From positions 32,001-96,000 of the forward strand of contig JBBQZX010000007.1 of the NCBI GenBank assembly GCA_038207335.1: a DNA stretch of 64,000 bases, read 5' to 3'. Below, one piece after another: positions 40,330 through 50,529 of this stretch (position 1 is the first letter of the stretch; each line of letters begins with the position of its first letter). Below the pieces are notes generated by a model, which saw only the letters and a program-made list of their open reading frames with translations, was not told the DNA's origin and did not search any database. Origin of the DNA: Chthoniobacterales bacterium (GTDB lineage: Bacteria; Verrucomicrobiota; Verrucomicrobiia; Chthoniobacterales; Chthoniobacteraceae). The position numbers and the translations under genes are program-made.

Positions 40330-40548
40330 TCACAACTCCGCGCTCTCGTCGCGCCGCTCGAGTTTCAGGAGCTGCTTCTTCACGACCTCGACCTCTTTCG
40401 TGAGCGCAAAAAGCGCTTTGTAGACTTCATCCTGAGTCGGCTTGTCCGCGAGCGCCGGGACGTGCGGATGGATGCGCGTCACCGCAGCAGCGGCTTCATT
40501 GCAGGCTTCGCGGATCTTTTGAATGCCGTCGGTTCGTGTGGCTGACAT
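40330..40548 (-). CDS. Small helical hypothetical protein
   Basis: 72-aa ORF filling the gap between two plus-strand genes; amphipathic helices. Confidence 0.6.
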   Translation of the reverse strand: MSATRTDGIQKIREACNEAAAAVTRIHPHVPALADKPTQDEVYKALFALTKEVEVVKKQLLKLERRDESAEL

Positions 40549-40649
40549 GCGTCGATCAAAGCAGGGGCGCCGCTCCTATCAACGCCGCACCCGCGTTTCT
40601 GCAAATCGCCTCTGAGCCATTCCTGATTCCGGTGCTACACTCCACCTTT

Positions 40650-41288
40650 ATGCGCGTCATTGTCACCTGCGGGCCGAGTTCCGAGCCGATCGATGCGGTG
40701 CGGCGGATCACGAATTTCTCCACCGGTGAACTCGGCATCCTGCTCGCAAATGCGCTGACCGCTGCGGGCCACAAGGTCATCTGCTGCAAAGGCGCGAGCG
40801 CGACCTGCCATATCCCGCTCGATTGCGCAGAAGCGCACGCTTTCGAAACCAACGACGACGTGCTCGCGTTGCTCCGCGCCGTGCCGAACCGCGAGTCGAT
40901 CGGCGCGATTTTCCACGCCGCCGCGCTCGCCGATTTTCGTGTGAAAGGCGTCGCGCTCGCCGATGGCACACAAGCGTCAGCGTCGAAGATATCCAGTCGT
41001 TCGGGCGAACTCACTCTCACGCTGGAGCCTGCCACGAAGCTGATCTCCGAGCTGCGCCCGCTCTTTCCCGCGAGCAAAATCATCGGCTGGAAATACCAAC
41101 TCGACGGCACGCGCGACGACGCGATCCGCAAAGCCCGCGAACAAATCGCTGAGGCGCATTCCAACGCCTGTATCGTGAACGGTGCCGCATACGGCGACGG
41201 TTTCGGCTGGTGCGCAGCGGCGGGCGAAGTCGTCCACCTCGCCGACAAGTCGGCGCTCTGCGCGTGGCTCGCGCGCAGAGCCGTCTAG
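40650..41288 (+). CDS. Stand-alone CoaB-like phosphopantothenate-cysteine ligase domain
   Basis: VIVTCGPSSEPIDAVRRITNFSTGELG, HAAALADF, KISS, IGWK. Confidence 0.85.
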   Translation: MRVIVTCGPSSEPIDAVRRITNFSTGELGILLANALTAAGHKVICCKGASATCHIPLDCAEAHAFETNDDVLALLRAVPNRESIGAIFHAAALADFRVKGVALADGTQASASKISSRSGELTLTLEPATKLISELRPLFPASKIIGWKYQLDGTRDDAIRKAREQIAEAHSNACIVNGAAYGDGFGWCAAAGEVVHLADKSALCAWLARRAV

Positions 41289-41340
41289 CGCGACTATTCG
41301 CTTGCGACCCCTTTTTACGTCCGCGACGTTCCGCATTCCA

Positions 41341-43170
41341 ATGAGCCTGTACTCCAAAGACGAGGCCGCGGGCAGCGCGGCATCCACCCCCACGCGTGAC
41401 CAAGTCTCCGCCAGCGACACTTGGGATCTCACTGTGCTTTTTCTCACGCCGGAGGCATGGGCCGCCGCGTTCGGAAATCTCCAGCGCAGCTATCAGGACT
41501 TGTCGCGCTTTAAAGGCCATGTCGGCGACTCCGCGGCGAGCCTGAGCGACTGCCTCGATTTCGAAAAACAGCTTAGCCAGCAGATCGAACGGCTCGGCCA
41601 TTACGCCTCGCTCAAAAGCTCGGAGGACAGCTCCGACGCGGCAAATCTTTCGCGCGAATCGCAGTTCGAAAACCTGATGACCCGCATCGGCGAGGCCGCC
41701 GCTTTCATCGCGCCGGAGATCATGGCGATCGAGGACGCCACATTTTCGCTCTACCTCGCGGATCCTTTGCTGGAGCCGTGGCGCGTCTCATTGACAAAGC
41801 TGCGTCGACTGAAGCCGCACACGCTTTCCGCCAATGAAGAGCGGCTCCTCGCCCTCGGCTCCAGCGCGCTCCGCGGGCACGGCGAGACATTCTCGCAGCT
41901 CACGAACGTCGATATGAAATTTGGCTCGCTCGCCGATGAAAAGGGCGAGCCGCGCGAGCTGACGCAGAGCAGCTATTCCTCGTTCCTCGTGAAGCGCGAT
42001 CAGGACCTCCGGAAGCGCGCGTTTCACCAATTCTACGAGGAATTTTCCGCGCACCAATTCACGCTCGCATCGAGCCTCTCGAACTCCGTGAAGGCCGACG
42101 TTTTCAGCGCCCGCGCACGGAACTACGTGAGCGCCCGCGAGGCCGCGCTTTTCCAGGACGACATGCCCGTCGCCGTTTACGACAATCTGATCGCGAGCGT
42201 GCGCGCGAATCTCGAGCCACTCTACCGCTACTACTCGCTCCGGAAGCGGCTGCTAAAGCTCGACGAAATCCACGCCTACGACACTTACGTGCCGGTCGTC
42301 GCCGACATCGAGACGCACGTTTCATTCGACGAGGCGACCGAGAAGGTCGTCGCCGCACTCGCGCCGCTCGGCGATGAATACTGCCGCGTGCTCGCCGACG
42401 GCCTGCGCTCGCAGCGCTGGTGCGACCGTTACGAAAGCAAGGGCAAGCGCAGCGGCGCATTCAGCTCATCAAGCTACGGCAATCCGCCGTTCATGCTGAT
42501 GAATTACAAGGCCGATGTTTTCGCCGACATCTACACGCTGGCCCACGAGGCGGGGCACTCGATGCACACCTGGTATGCGCAGCGCGCTCAGAGTTTTCAG
42601 GATTACAACTACCCGATTTTCCTCGCGGAGGTCGCCTCTACTTTCAACGAAGAGCTGCTCACGCATCATCTCCTGGAGCAAACGAGCGACCGGCAGATGC
42701 GCGCATATTTGATCAACCGGCAGATCGACGATATCCGCGGCACGGTCTATCGGCAGACGATGTTCGCGGAGTTTGAAAAGCTCACGCACGCGATGGAAGA
42801 GGCCGGCGAGCCGCTCACGGTCAAGACTTTCCGCGCGACGCACCGCAGCTTGCTGGAGGCGTATTTTGGGCCGGAGTTTTCGCTCGATGCCGAGCTCGAT
42901 CTCGAGTGCCTGCGCATCCCGCATTTCTACAGCGCATTCTACGTTTACAAATACGCGACCGGCATCAGCGCCGCGGTGAGCCTTTCGCAGCAGGTGCTCG
43001 CGGGCGGCGATGTGCGGCGATATCTCGGGTTTTTGGAAAGTGGCGGGGTCGAGTTTCCAATCCCGACCTTGCAAAAAGCGGGTGTCGATATGTCGAGCCC
43101 CGCACCGATCGAAGCGACACTGCGGCTCTTCGCGCAGCGGGTGGATGAGTTGGAGGGATTGTTAGGCTGA
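41341..43170 (+). CDS. pepF: Oligoendopeptidase F (M3B)
   Basis: TWDL, KGKRSGAFS, TLAHEAGHSMH, FLAEVASTFNE, RIPHFY..FYVYKYATG. Confidence 0.95.
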   Translation: MSLYSKDEAAGSAASTPTRDQVSASDTWDLTVLFLTPEAWAAAFGNLQRSYQDLSRFKGHVGDSAASLSDCLDFEKQLSQQIERLGHYASLKSSEDSSDAANLSRESQFENLMTRIGEAAAFIAPEIMAIEDATFSLYLADPLLEPWRVSLTKLRRLKPHTLSANEERLLALGSSALRGHGETFSQLTNVDMKFGSLADEKGEPRELTQSSYSSFLVKRDQDLRKRAFHQFYEEFSAHQFTLASSLSNSVKADVFSARARNYVSAREAALFQDDMPVAVYDNLIASVRANLEPLYRYYSLRKRLLKLDEIHAYDTYVPVVADIETHVSFDEATEKVVAALAPLGDEYCRVLADGLRSQRWCDRYESKGKRSGAFSSSSYGNPPFMLMNYKADVFADIYTLAHEAGHSMHTWYAQRAQSFQDYNYPIFLAEVASTFNEELLTHHLLEQTSDRQMRAYLINRQIDDIRGTVYRQTMFAEFEKLTHAMEEAGEPLTVKTFRATHRSLLEAYFGPEFSLDAELDLECLRIPHFYSAFYVYKYATGISAAVSLSQQVLAGGDVRRYLGFLESGGVEFPIPTLQKAGVDMSSPAPIEATLRLFAQRVDELEGLLG

Positions 43171-43637
43171 TGGCCGACGGCGACGATCGCACGCTGCTCG
43201 CAGCGCAGGGATACAGCGAACTCGGCATGTTCGACGACGCGCTCGAAGAGCTCGCCGCGCTACCCATGGAGTCACGGCAAACTCCGCCCGCGATCGAGAC
43301 GCGGCTGCTGATCCTGATGCAGGCACGCCGATGGAAACACGCGCTCGAAGCAAGCCGCGAACTCTGCGTAGCGGCACCTGAGCGGCCCGTGGGATTCATC
43401 CATGCCTCCTACTGCCTGCACGAGATGGGAAAGACCGCCGAGGCCCGTGAATGCTTGCTCTCCGGGCCAGCGACGCTGCGCACTGAGCCAACGTATCACT
43501 ACAATCTCGCGTGCTATGAATGCCGCCTCGGTCAACTCGACCTCGCCCGCGCGCACCTCGAAAAGAGCTTCGCGCTCGACAAAAAATTCCGCGACTTCGC
43601 GAAGCACGACCCCGACCTCGCAGCGCTCCGCGAGTGA
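43170..43637 (+). CDS. TPR-repeat protein
   Basis: AAQGYSELGM, YHYNLACYEC.LG...A...L...F.LD...DPDL. Confidence 0.85.
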   Translation: MADGDDRTLLAAQGYSELGMFDDALEELAALPMESRQTPPAIETRLLILMQARRWKHALEASRELCVAAPERPVGFIHASYCLHEMGKTAEARECLLSGPATLRTEPTYHYNLACYECRLGQLDLARAHLEKSFALDKKFRDFAKHDPDLAALRE

Positions 43638-44800
43638 GCACGAAAATTGCATCGTACGGAGCGTTGCACCTCCGACGGGTGGCTGAGCTTTTTGAGGAGA
43701 ATTTCGAGGCGTTCGGCGAACTCGGAGCTTCCGTTTCGGTGTGGCAGGACGGATGCGAGATTTTGAGTCTCGCGAACGGGTTTCGCGACCGCGAGGAAAC
43801 CGAGCGGTGGACTGCTAGGACACCGGTTCTATTTTGGTCTGCGACCAAGGGACTGGCCGCCGCGTGTGTGCTGCACGCGTGTGAAACGCACGGCATTTCG
43901 CTCGAGGAAGATGTCGCAAAGCTGTGGCCGGAATTCGCGGCGGCAGGAAAAGATGGAATCACGATTGCGGAACTGATGTCGCATCGCGCAGGGCTGCCCG
44001 CGCTGTCGCAAGCGGTGTCGGTCCTCGACTACGCGGCGGTGGTGTCATCTCTCGCGAACGAGCCTCCACACTGGCCTCGCGGCTCGGGGCACGGTTATCA
44101 TCCGCGCACATTCGGGTTCCTGCTCGACGAGCTTTTGCGCCGAATCACCGGCGGCACACCGTTACGCGAATACTGGCGCGCGACGTTCGCCGAACCACTC
44201 GCGCTCGATCTTTGGATCGGGGTTGACTCCAATCGAGTCGAGCAGGTCGCGCCGATTTTCCCCGCGCGCACCACCCTGCCGAAAGGCGACCAGTTTTACA
44301 CCGCCTTCCTCACCGCGGGCTCGTTCACCGCGCGCGCATTCGGCTCGCCGCGCGGACTGCACAGCGTCGCACAAATGAATCTCCCTGCATCGCGCACCGC
44401 TTCGTTTCCGGCGTTTGGCGGCATCGGCACGGCGCAATCTCTGGCGAAATTCTACGCGATGCTCGCCGGCGGCGGCGCGCTTGATGGCCTGGAATTCTTC
44501 AACGCGGAAGCGCTCGCAGCGATGAGCACGACACTCACACAGGGACACGACCGGGTTCTTCAGATCGAAACCGCATTTTCCGCGGGCTTCATGCGCGATC
44601 CCGTCGATTCCGTCGGCTCAAAGTCGCGCGAGAATTTTGGCCCATCGCCGCGCGCCTTTGGTCATCCCGGCGCGGGCGGGAGCCTCGCGTTCGCCGACCC
44701 CGACCAGCGCGTCAGCTTCGCCTACGTGATGAACCAGATGGAGCCCGGCGTGCTACCGAATCGGAAATCGCTGAGGCTCGTCGAAGCGCTTTACGGCTGA
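43634..44800 (+). CDS. Serine hydrolase (beta-lactamase-like esterase)
   Basis: WSATKG (SxxK), LMSHRAGL, GYH, FGHPGAGGS..FADP. Confidence 0.9.
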   Translation: MSTKIASYGALHLRRVAELFEENFEAFGELGASVSVWQDGCEILSLANGFRDREETERWTARTPVLFWSATKGLAAACVLHACETHGISLEEDVAKLWPEFAAAGKDGITIAELMSHRAGLPALSQAVSVLDYAAVVSSLANEPPHWPRGSGHGYHPRTFGFLLDELLRRITGGTPLREYWRATFAEPLALDLWIGVDSNRVEQVAPIFPARTTLPKGDQFYTAFLTAGSFTARAFGSPRGLHSVAQMNLPASRTASFPAFGGIGTAQSLAKFYAMLAGGGALDGLEFFNAEALAAMSTTLTQGHDRVLQIETAFSAGFMRDPVDSVGSKSRENFGPSPRAFGHPGAGGSLAFADPDQRVSFAYVMNQMEPGVLPNRKSLRLVEALYG

Positions 44801-44827
44801 AATCCGGGCGCGCCCGATTTCCTCTCG

Positions 44828-45595
44828 ATGAAACTCCAAAACAAAGTCGCACTCGTGACCGGAGCCACGAGTGGAATCGGCAAAGCCATCGCGGCTCGTT
44901 TCGCAGCGGACGGCGCGCACGTTGTGGTGAATTTCCGGCCTTCGCCGGAAAACGTTGAGAAAGCCGCGGCTCAGATCGCGGGCTACAAGACGCGCGGCAT
45001 AGGAGTCTCGGCGGATGTGTCGAAGCGCGACGACCTCGCGCGACTCGTGGAGAAGACGGTGTCCGAATTCGGACGGCTCGACATCGTGGTGAACAACGCC
45101 GGGATGGAGATCAAAAAGCCATTTCTTGAAGTCACGGACGACGAATGGGAAAAGGTGATCGCGCTGAATCTTTTCGGTCCATTCGCGCTATGCCAGATCG
45201 CTGCGCGCCAAATGGTGGCACAGGGCGGCGGCGGACGAATCATCAATATCTCCTCCGTGCATGAGGACGTCCCGTTCGCCGGTTACACCGCTTATTGCGC
45301 CGCTAAAGGCGGACTGCGAATGCTCACGCGCAATCTCGCGATCGAGCTCGCCCCTCACAAAATCAGCGTGAACAACATCGCGCCGGGCGCAATCGCGACG
45401 CCGATCAACCAAGGCGTGCTCGACAACGCCGAGCAGCTCAAGAACGCGATTTCCGAAATCCCTCTCGGGCGTTTTGGCCGCCCGGATGAAGTCGCCGCGG
45501 TGGCCGCATTCCTCGGGAGCGACGAGGCGGAATACGTCACTGGCAGCACCTATTACATCGACGGCGGACTTACGCAGCAAGTCACGAAGTATTGA
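44828..45595 (+). CDS. SDR oxidoreductase, glucose 1-dehydrogenase-like
   Basis: TGATSGIG, VNNAG, ISSVHE, YCAAKGG, IAPGAIATPIN. Confidence 0.93.
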   Translation: MKLQNKVALVTGATSGIGKAIAARFAADGAHVVVNFRPSPENVEKAAAQIAGYKTRGIGVSADVSKRDDLARLVEKTVSEFGRLDIVVNNAGMEIKKPFLEVTDDEWEKVIALNLFGPFALCQIAARQMVAQGGGGRIINISSVHEDVPFAGYTAYCAAKGGLRMLTRNLAIELAPHKISVNNIAPGAIATPINQGVLDNAEQLKNAISEIPLGRFGRPDEVAAVAAFLGSDEAEYVTGSTYYIDGGLTQQVTKY

Positions 45596-45605
45596 GCGCG
45601 TGGCA

Positions 45606-46634
45606 TCATACGATGCGGCGTCCGCGCTCCGCAGCAGTCACGAGACCGCTTTCAAGATTGCGCAGCCGTGTCGTGGCAGAGTAAAAATTTCCGCTTACCC
45701 CGATGCGAGGTAGGCTATGGAGACTGGAGGCGTGTGAAGGAAAAAGGTTCCCGGTTGCCGTGGTCACCGCGGTCGTGAAACCGCATTTTTTTGCGAGGGC
45801 GAACTCACGCAGACCGGCAGCATTCCGCCCACCAAACGGATACGCAAAATGGCGAATCTCGGATTCGAAATGGGCCTCGAGATCACGCTTGGAATCCGAC
45901 ATCTCGGCGGCGGCCTCAGCGAGCGTGAGATTCGCAAGAGTGTGATGCTCGACGCTGTGCGCGCCGATACTCACGAGCGGATCGGCTGCGAGTGTCCGCA
46001 CCTCGCGCCAGTTTAAAATGAGGCTCTTCGCGTAGTCGAGTTGACGCGCATTCTCGGCGGAGAAAATCGCGTCGAGCAAATCCCGCTGCTCCTGTCCACC
46101 GGCGGCTCGGATGAGATGCGCGAGTTCACTAAAGGCGGATTCACGCGCGGCTTCGCCGTGGCAGCGGAACTCGCACGGTTGATCTTTCCAGCGAAACGCA
46201 AGCCGGTCGCGCGCGACGAGCAGACCCTCAAGAGCATACCACCACGGAGTCGCGTTGCCGGAGATGAATCCGGTCGTGACATTCACCGTAAATGGCACCT
46301 CGAACTCGCGGAAAATCGGCAGCGCGTGCGTGAGATTGTCGCGGTATCCATCGTCGAAGGTGAAGGCGATAAATTTACCGCGGCGCGGGTGCGCGAGCCG
46401 CTCTGGCACTGCATCGAGCGCGATCGGATCGAGGCCCCGCGCGCGAATCCATTCGAGGATTTCGCGCAACGTTTCTGGCGTGATTTCGAGCGCGCGATTT
46501 TCCAAAAAAGATGAACGCTCATCGGCTGGCACGACGCGGTGCAGGCAGAGGATGCAGCCAATCCCGCCATAGAGTGGGCGAAGCAAATACGCGAGCGTGG
46601 CGGCCGCGCACGCATGGAGAAATGAGGCGGGCAT
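45606..46634 (-). CDS. Polysaccharide deacetylase (CE4/NodB family)
   Basis: LCLHRV, TFDDGYRDN, IGAHSVEH, FAYPFG, LPRI. Confidence 0.92.
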   Translation of the reverse strand: MPASFLHACAAATLAYLLRPLYGGIGCILCLHRVVPADERSSFLENRALEITPETLREILEWIRARGLDPIALDAVPERLAHPRRGKFIAFTFDDGYRDNLTHALPIFREFEVPFTVNVTTGFISGNATPWWYALEGLLVARDRLAFRWKDQPCEFRCHGEAARESAFSELAHLIRAAGGQEQRDLLDAIFSAENARQLDYAKSLILNWREVRTLAADPLVSIGAHSVEHHTLANLTLAEAAAEMSDSKRDLEAHFESEIRHFAYPFGGRNAAGLREFALAKKCGFTTAVTTATGNLFPSHASSLHSLPRIGVSGNFYSATTRLRNLESGLVTAAERGRRIV

Positions 46635-46757
46635 GATGACTGGGTTGGAAAACCAAGCCCGGAGCCAGCCGTCGGAGTGTGGCTGCTGACCTCCGGTTGA
46701 CGGCTTCCGCCGTTTTCTTTACGCGAGACGCACCGCCGTGGAAAGTGCGGAACAAGC

Positions 46758-48044
46758 GTGATCATCCCCGCATTTCCTTCATTTTCAGAGCTTTCCGAGC
46801 GCGCCGATTCTCCGGTTTTCGCCGTCGTATTTTGCGCGGAATCCTACAACGCTCTGGCGGTCATTCGCGCGCTCGGGAGGCGCGGCGTGCCGGTGCTCGC
46901 GCTCGGGCAGGAGGCGGATTCAATCGGCTTCCGTTCGCGCTTCGCGACCGAGAAGGCAGTGTATCCCGACCCTGTCGTGGACGAAGCGGGCTTTGTCGCG
47001 CGCGTGTCAGAACTCGGCGCGCGCCTCGCCACGAGGGGTGTGCGCGCGGTCACGTTTCCGAGCAGTGATCGCGTCGTTCGCATTTTGTCGGATCATCGGG
47101 AAAGCCTGGGGAAATACTTCCAGCTCTTCCTGCCATCCCGCGAAAGCGTCGCGGCGTGCCTCGACAAGCTGGCGCAATATCGCGTGGCCGCCGAAATTGG
47201 CGTCCCATTTCCGCGCACCTATTCCAACGGACAGGAGGACGAACTGCTCGCGGATCTCGCGGCGGAGCGTGCGCGGCTGCCGCTTTTTTTCAAGTCGCGC
47301 GGCCCGCTGCCCGATCACGAACTCAACCGACGCTTCCGGCGAGTGGTGCTCTCGGAGCGCGAGCAGGTTGCCACGATGCTGCGGGAGGCTGGTGAATGCG
47401 GCGTGCTTTTCGTGGTGCAGGAAATCATCCCTGGCGCGGACGATCAGCTCTACACGCTTGGAGCGACGATGGATGGAAACGGGGGAGTTCTCGCTGCTTT
47501 CACCGGGCGGAAGCTGCGGCAGATGCCTCCCGGATTCGGCATTTGCCGCGTCGGCGAAACGGTGGATACACCCGCGGTTCTCGATCACGGCGAGCGTCTT
47601 TTGCGTGCGCTGGAGTTCCGCGGGATTTCGCAGGTCGAGTTCAAATTCGATGTCCGCGATGGGGAGTTCAAACTCATGGAGGTGAACCCTCGAAGCTGGT
47701 CGTGGGTCGGCCTGCCGATCGCACTCGGATGCGATTTGCCTTACGCCGCGCTTTGCGCCGCGCTCGGGTTTTCACTCACCGGAAAAGTCTCTACACCGTC
47801 CGGGAAAGCGCTCTGGATCTCACTTTCCCACGATCTCGATTACTCCGTAAGCTGCCGAGATGGGCGTCCGTGGGCGCATCTTTTTCGCGGATACGATCGA
47901 GTCGTGGAGGCATATCACGCGAGCGACGACCGCGGACCTGGTATCGCGCACTTTCGCACAACGGCGCTCGATTTTGCCGCGCGCAGCGTTCGGAAACTCG
48001 GCAAGCTCGTCGGGATTACCGCTCGAAAAACCACCCCACCATGA
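46758..48044 (+). CDS. ATP-grasp carboxylate-amine ligase (D-aspartate-ligase-like)
   Basis: ALAVIRALGRRGVPV, LDKLAQYRVA..IGVPFPRT, VQEIIPG.DDQ, GRKLRQ.P..FG, QVEFKFD.RDGEFKLMEVNPR. Confidence 0.9.
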   Translation: MIIPAFPSFSELSERADSPVFAVVFCAESYNALAVIRALGRRGVPVLALGQEADSIGFRSRFATEKAVYPDPVVDEAGFVARVSELGARLATRGVRAVTFPSSDRVVRILSDHRESLGKYFQLFLPSRESVAACLDKLAQYRVAAEIGVPFPRTYSNGQEDELLADLAAERARLPLFFKSRGPLPDHELNRRFRRVVLSEREQVATMLREAGECGVLFVVQEIIPGADDQLYTLGATMDGNGGVLAAFTGRKLRQMPPGFGICRVGETVDTPAVLDHGERLLRALEFRGISQVEFKFDVRDGEFKLMEVNPRSWSWVGLPIALGCDLPYAALCAALGFSLTGKVSTPSGKALWISLSHDLDYSVSCRDGRPWAHLFRGYDRVVEAYHASDDRGPGIAHFRTTALDFAARSVRKLGKLVGITARKTTPP

Positions 48045-48787
48045 AACGTCTCAAACTCCCGTCGCGTTCCGCAAAACCGCGCAAACACGGGCTCACAGCG
48101 ATCACCGACCTCGGCCTCACTGTCGCGGGACTGCGCGAATTGCTCACCGAATTCCACGACTATCTCGACATCGCGAAATTCGGAATTGGCACTGCGTATC
48201 TCACTCCGCGGCTTGATGAAAAACTCGCGATTTACCGCGAGTTCGGCGTCGTGCCGTATTTTGGTGGCACGCTTTTCGAGAAGTTTTTCCACCAGAAAAA
48301 GGTGGTCGATTACGTGAAGTATCTGCGCCAGCACGGAGTCGATTGGATCGAGATTTCCAATGGCACGATCGAACTCCCGCTGGCGCAGCGCGTGAAGCTC
48401 GTGAAGGAGCTCCGCGGTGAGTTCAAAGTCGTTTGCGAAGTCGGCTGCAAGGACGCGACGAAAGTGATGCCGCCCTCGGAGTGGATCGAGGAATTGCAGG
48501 CGACGCTCGATGCAGGCGCGAGCTACGTCATCACCGAGGGACGCGACTCGGCCACCGCGGGGCTTTACCGCGAGTCGGGTGAAATCCGCGAGGGACTGCT
48601 CTCGGACATCCTGAAATCCGTGGACCCGAAGCGCACGATTTTCGAAGCACCAACGCACCGCACTCAGATGTTTTTCATCAATCTCGTGGGCGCAGATGTG
48701 AATCTCGGCAACATCGCCGCGCACGATCTCCTCGTGCTCGAAGCAGAGCGGCGCGGGCTGCGTTACGAGACGTTTTTCAACAAGTGA
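48041..48787 (+). CDS. comA: Phosphosulfolactate synthase
   Basis: KPR..GLT..TD.G, DIAKFG.GT, GGTLFE, IEISNG, EVG.K, EGRDS, FEAP...Q, VNLGNI, LE..RRGLR; ATGA overlap with the ligase. Confidence 0.92.
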   Translation: MKRLKLPSRSAKPRKHGLTAITDLGLTVAGLRELLTEFHDYLDIAKFGIGTAYLTPRLDEKLAIYREFGVVPYFGGTLFEKFFHQKKVVDYVKYLRQHGVDWIEISNGTIELPLAQRVKLVKELRGEFKVVCEVGCKDATKVMPPSEWIEELQATLDAGASYVITEGRDSATAGLYRESGEIREGLLSDILKSVDPKRTIFEAPTHRTQMFFINLVGADVNLGNIAAHDLLVLEAERRGLRYETFFNK

Positions 48788-49323
48788 AGCTCGTGCTCGT
48801 GCGGCATTTGGCGACCACGTGGAATCTCGATGGACGCCTGCAGGGACACCGCGACATCCCGCTCGCTCCGCTCGATTCTGCCGCGCGCACCGCACTCGAA
48901 AGCCTGCGCGCATCGCTCGTCACGCATGGGCCATTCGACGCCATTTTTTGCAGCACGCTGCAACGCACTCGGCAGACCGCTGAACTCTGCGGCTTCGAAG
49001 CTGTTCGCGAGGATCCGCTGCTTGACGAATTGGACTTCGGGAAGTGGGAGGGAGCGCGGCGCGAGGAGTTCCTCGCGTCGGAAGGCGACGCGTGGAGATC
49101 ACATCCCGAGACGCTCGCGTTCGGCGAGACGATGCGCGCATTCGAGGCGCGCGTCCGTCATTGGATGAGCCTGCACAAAGGATCCGCGAGCGTGCTCGCA
49201 TTCGGCCACGGCGCATGGATGCGCGCTGCTCGCGCCATTTCGGAAACAGGGCAAATCACCACGATGAACCGCAGCGAACTCGTGAACAGCGCGGTTTTGA
49301 TCCTGCGTCCGCCTTCGGACTAA
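48784..49323 (+). CDS. Histidine phosphatase family protein
   Basis: LVRH..T.WN...LQG..DIPL, S.LQR..QTA, ELDFGKWEG, GHG; GTGA overlap with comA. Confidence 0.9.
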   Translation: MKLVLVRHLATTWNLDGRLQGHRDIPLAPLDSAARTALESLRASLVTHGPFDAIFCSTLQRTRQTAELCGFEAVREDPLLDELDFGKWEGARREEFLASEGDAWRSHPETLAFGETMRAFEARVRHWMSLHKGSASVLAFGHGAWMRAARAISETGQITTMNRSELVNSAVLILRPPSD

Positions 49324-49329
49324 ATCCTC

Positions 49330-50529
49330 TCATTCGCAGCGACGGCTGACTCGCTCGCGTGCGGCAGCGGGGTTCGCAGATTCCGCTTTCCCGTCGATGA
49401 GGCGCGCGTGCTCGCCGAGGAGGTATCGGTCGGTCATGCCGGAAAGGTAATCGCAGACAGTGCGGTGGAGGCCGTCGTGTTTCACTCGTCGAGCGGTGGC
49501 AGCACCGAGTAGTTCGGGCTCGGCGAGATATGCCTCGAATACTTTTTTGAGCATCACGCAGGCGCGCTGGTTCACGCCGGCGACGCGTGGGTGGTAGTAG
49601 AGATTTTTGTAGAGAAAGCGGCGCAGCTTCTTATTTCCGGCGAGAAGCGGGAGGCTGTAGCGGATCAGCGGCTTTTTCTGACGGCGGACATCGTCGGCGC
49701 TTTGCACGTCGGCAGTGGCGATGAGTTCGTCGCTGGTCGCGATGACATCCTGGACCTGCCGATCGATGATGCAGCGGATGACGTAGCTGTGCAGTTCCTT
49801 CGCGCGGAGTTTTGGAAAACTTGCGCGTACCTCGGCGTAACTTTCGTCCCACACCTCGAGTTCGCTGAGCTGCCGCGGTGTGATGAGTGCAAAGTCGAGT
49901 CCGTCGTCGAGGTCGTGGCTGTAGTAGGTGATCTCATCGGCGAGGTTCGCGATTTGCGCCTCGAGCGACGGACAGAAGAATTTCGCGCCATCCTCGGAGG
50001 GCTCGGGTGGGTCGTAAAATTTCGCGTGCTTCTTGAGCCCCTCGCGGACTTCCCACGAAAGATTCAGGCCGGTGAAGCGGGGGTATTTCTGCTCGATCAG
50101 TTCGACGATCCGCAGGCTTTGCGTGTTGTGCTCGAAGCCGCCGTGCTCGCGCATCATTTCGTGCAGGACTTCCTCGCCCGAGTGGCCGAATGGCGAGTGA
50201 CCGAGATCGTGCGCGAGCGCGATGGCCTCCGTGAGGTCTTCATTCAGGCCGAGAGCCCGCGCGATGGTGCGACTGATCGAGGCGACCTCCATGGTGTGCG
50301 TGAGCCGCGTGCGGAGGTGGTCACCCTGGCCGTTCAGGAAGACCTGCGTTTTATATTCGAGGCGCCGGAAGGCCCGTGAATGAATGATCCGCGAGCGGTC
50401 GCGCTCGTACTCGGTGCGGAAAGGGTGGCGCGGCTCGGGATGCTCGCGGCCTGCGGAGTCACCGGATTTCTGTGCAAAAGACGCTAGTTTTTCCCTTTCG
50501 ATTTGCTCGAAGTCAGCGCGCGATTTCAT
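49330..50529 (-). CDS. dgt: Deoxyguanosinetriphosphate triphosphohydrolase
   Basis: RDRSRIIHSRAFRRLEYKTQVF, RTRLTH, AHDLGHSPFGHSGE, HDLDDG, DYLSGMTDRY. Confidence 0.94.
   Translation of the reverse strand: MKSRADFEQIEREKLASFAQKSGDSAGREHPEPRHPFRTEYERDRSRIIHSRAFRRLEYKTQVFLNGQGDHLRTRLTHTMEVASISRTIARALGLNEDLTEAIALAHDLGHSPFGHSGEEVLHEMMREHGGFEHNTQSLRIVELIEQKYPRFTGLNLSWEVREGLKKHAKFYDPPEPSEDGAKFFCPSLEAQIANLADEITYYSHDLDDGLDFALITPRQLSELEVWDESYAEVRASFPKLRAKELHSYVIRCIIDRQVQDVIATSDELIATADVQSADDVRRQKKPLIRYSLPLLAGNKKLRRFLYKNLYYHPRVAGVNQRACVMLKKVFEAYLAEPELLGAATARRVKHDGLHRTVCDYLSGMTDRYLLGEHARLIDGKAESANPAAARERVSRRCE

Noticed and set aside
48041..48787. comA as evidence of coenzyme M biosynthesis or methanogenesis
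   Set aside because: No other CoM pathway genes are present, and ComA homologs occur in many bacteria without CoM.
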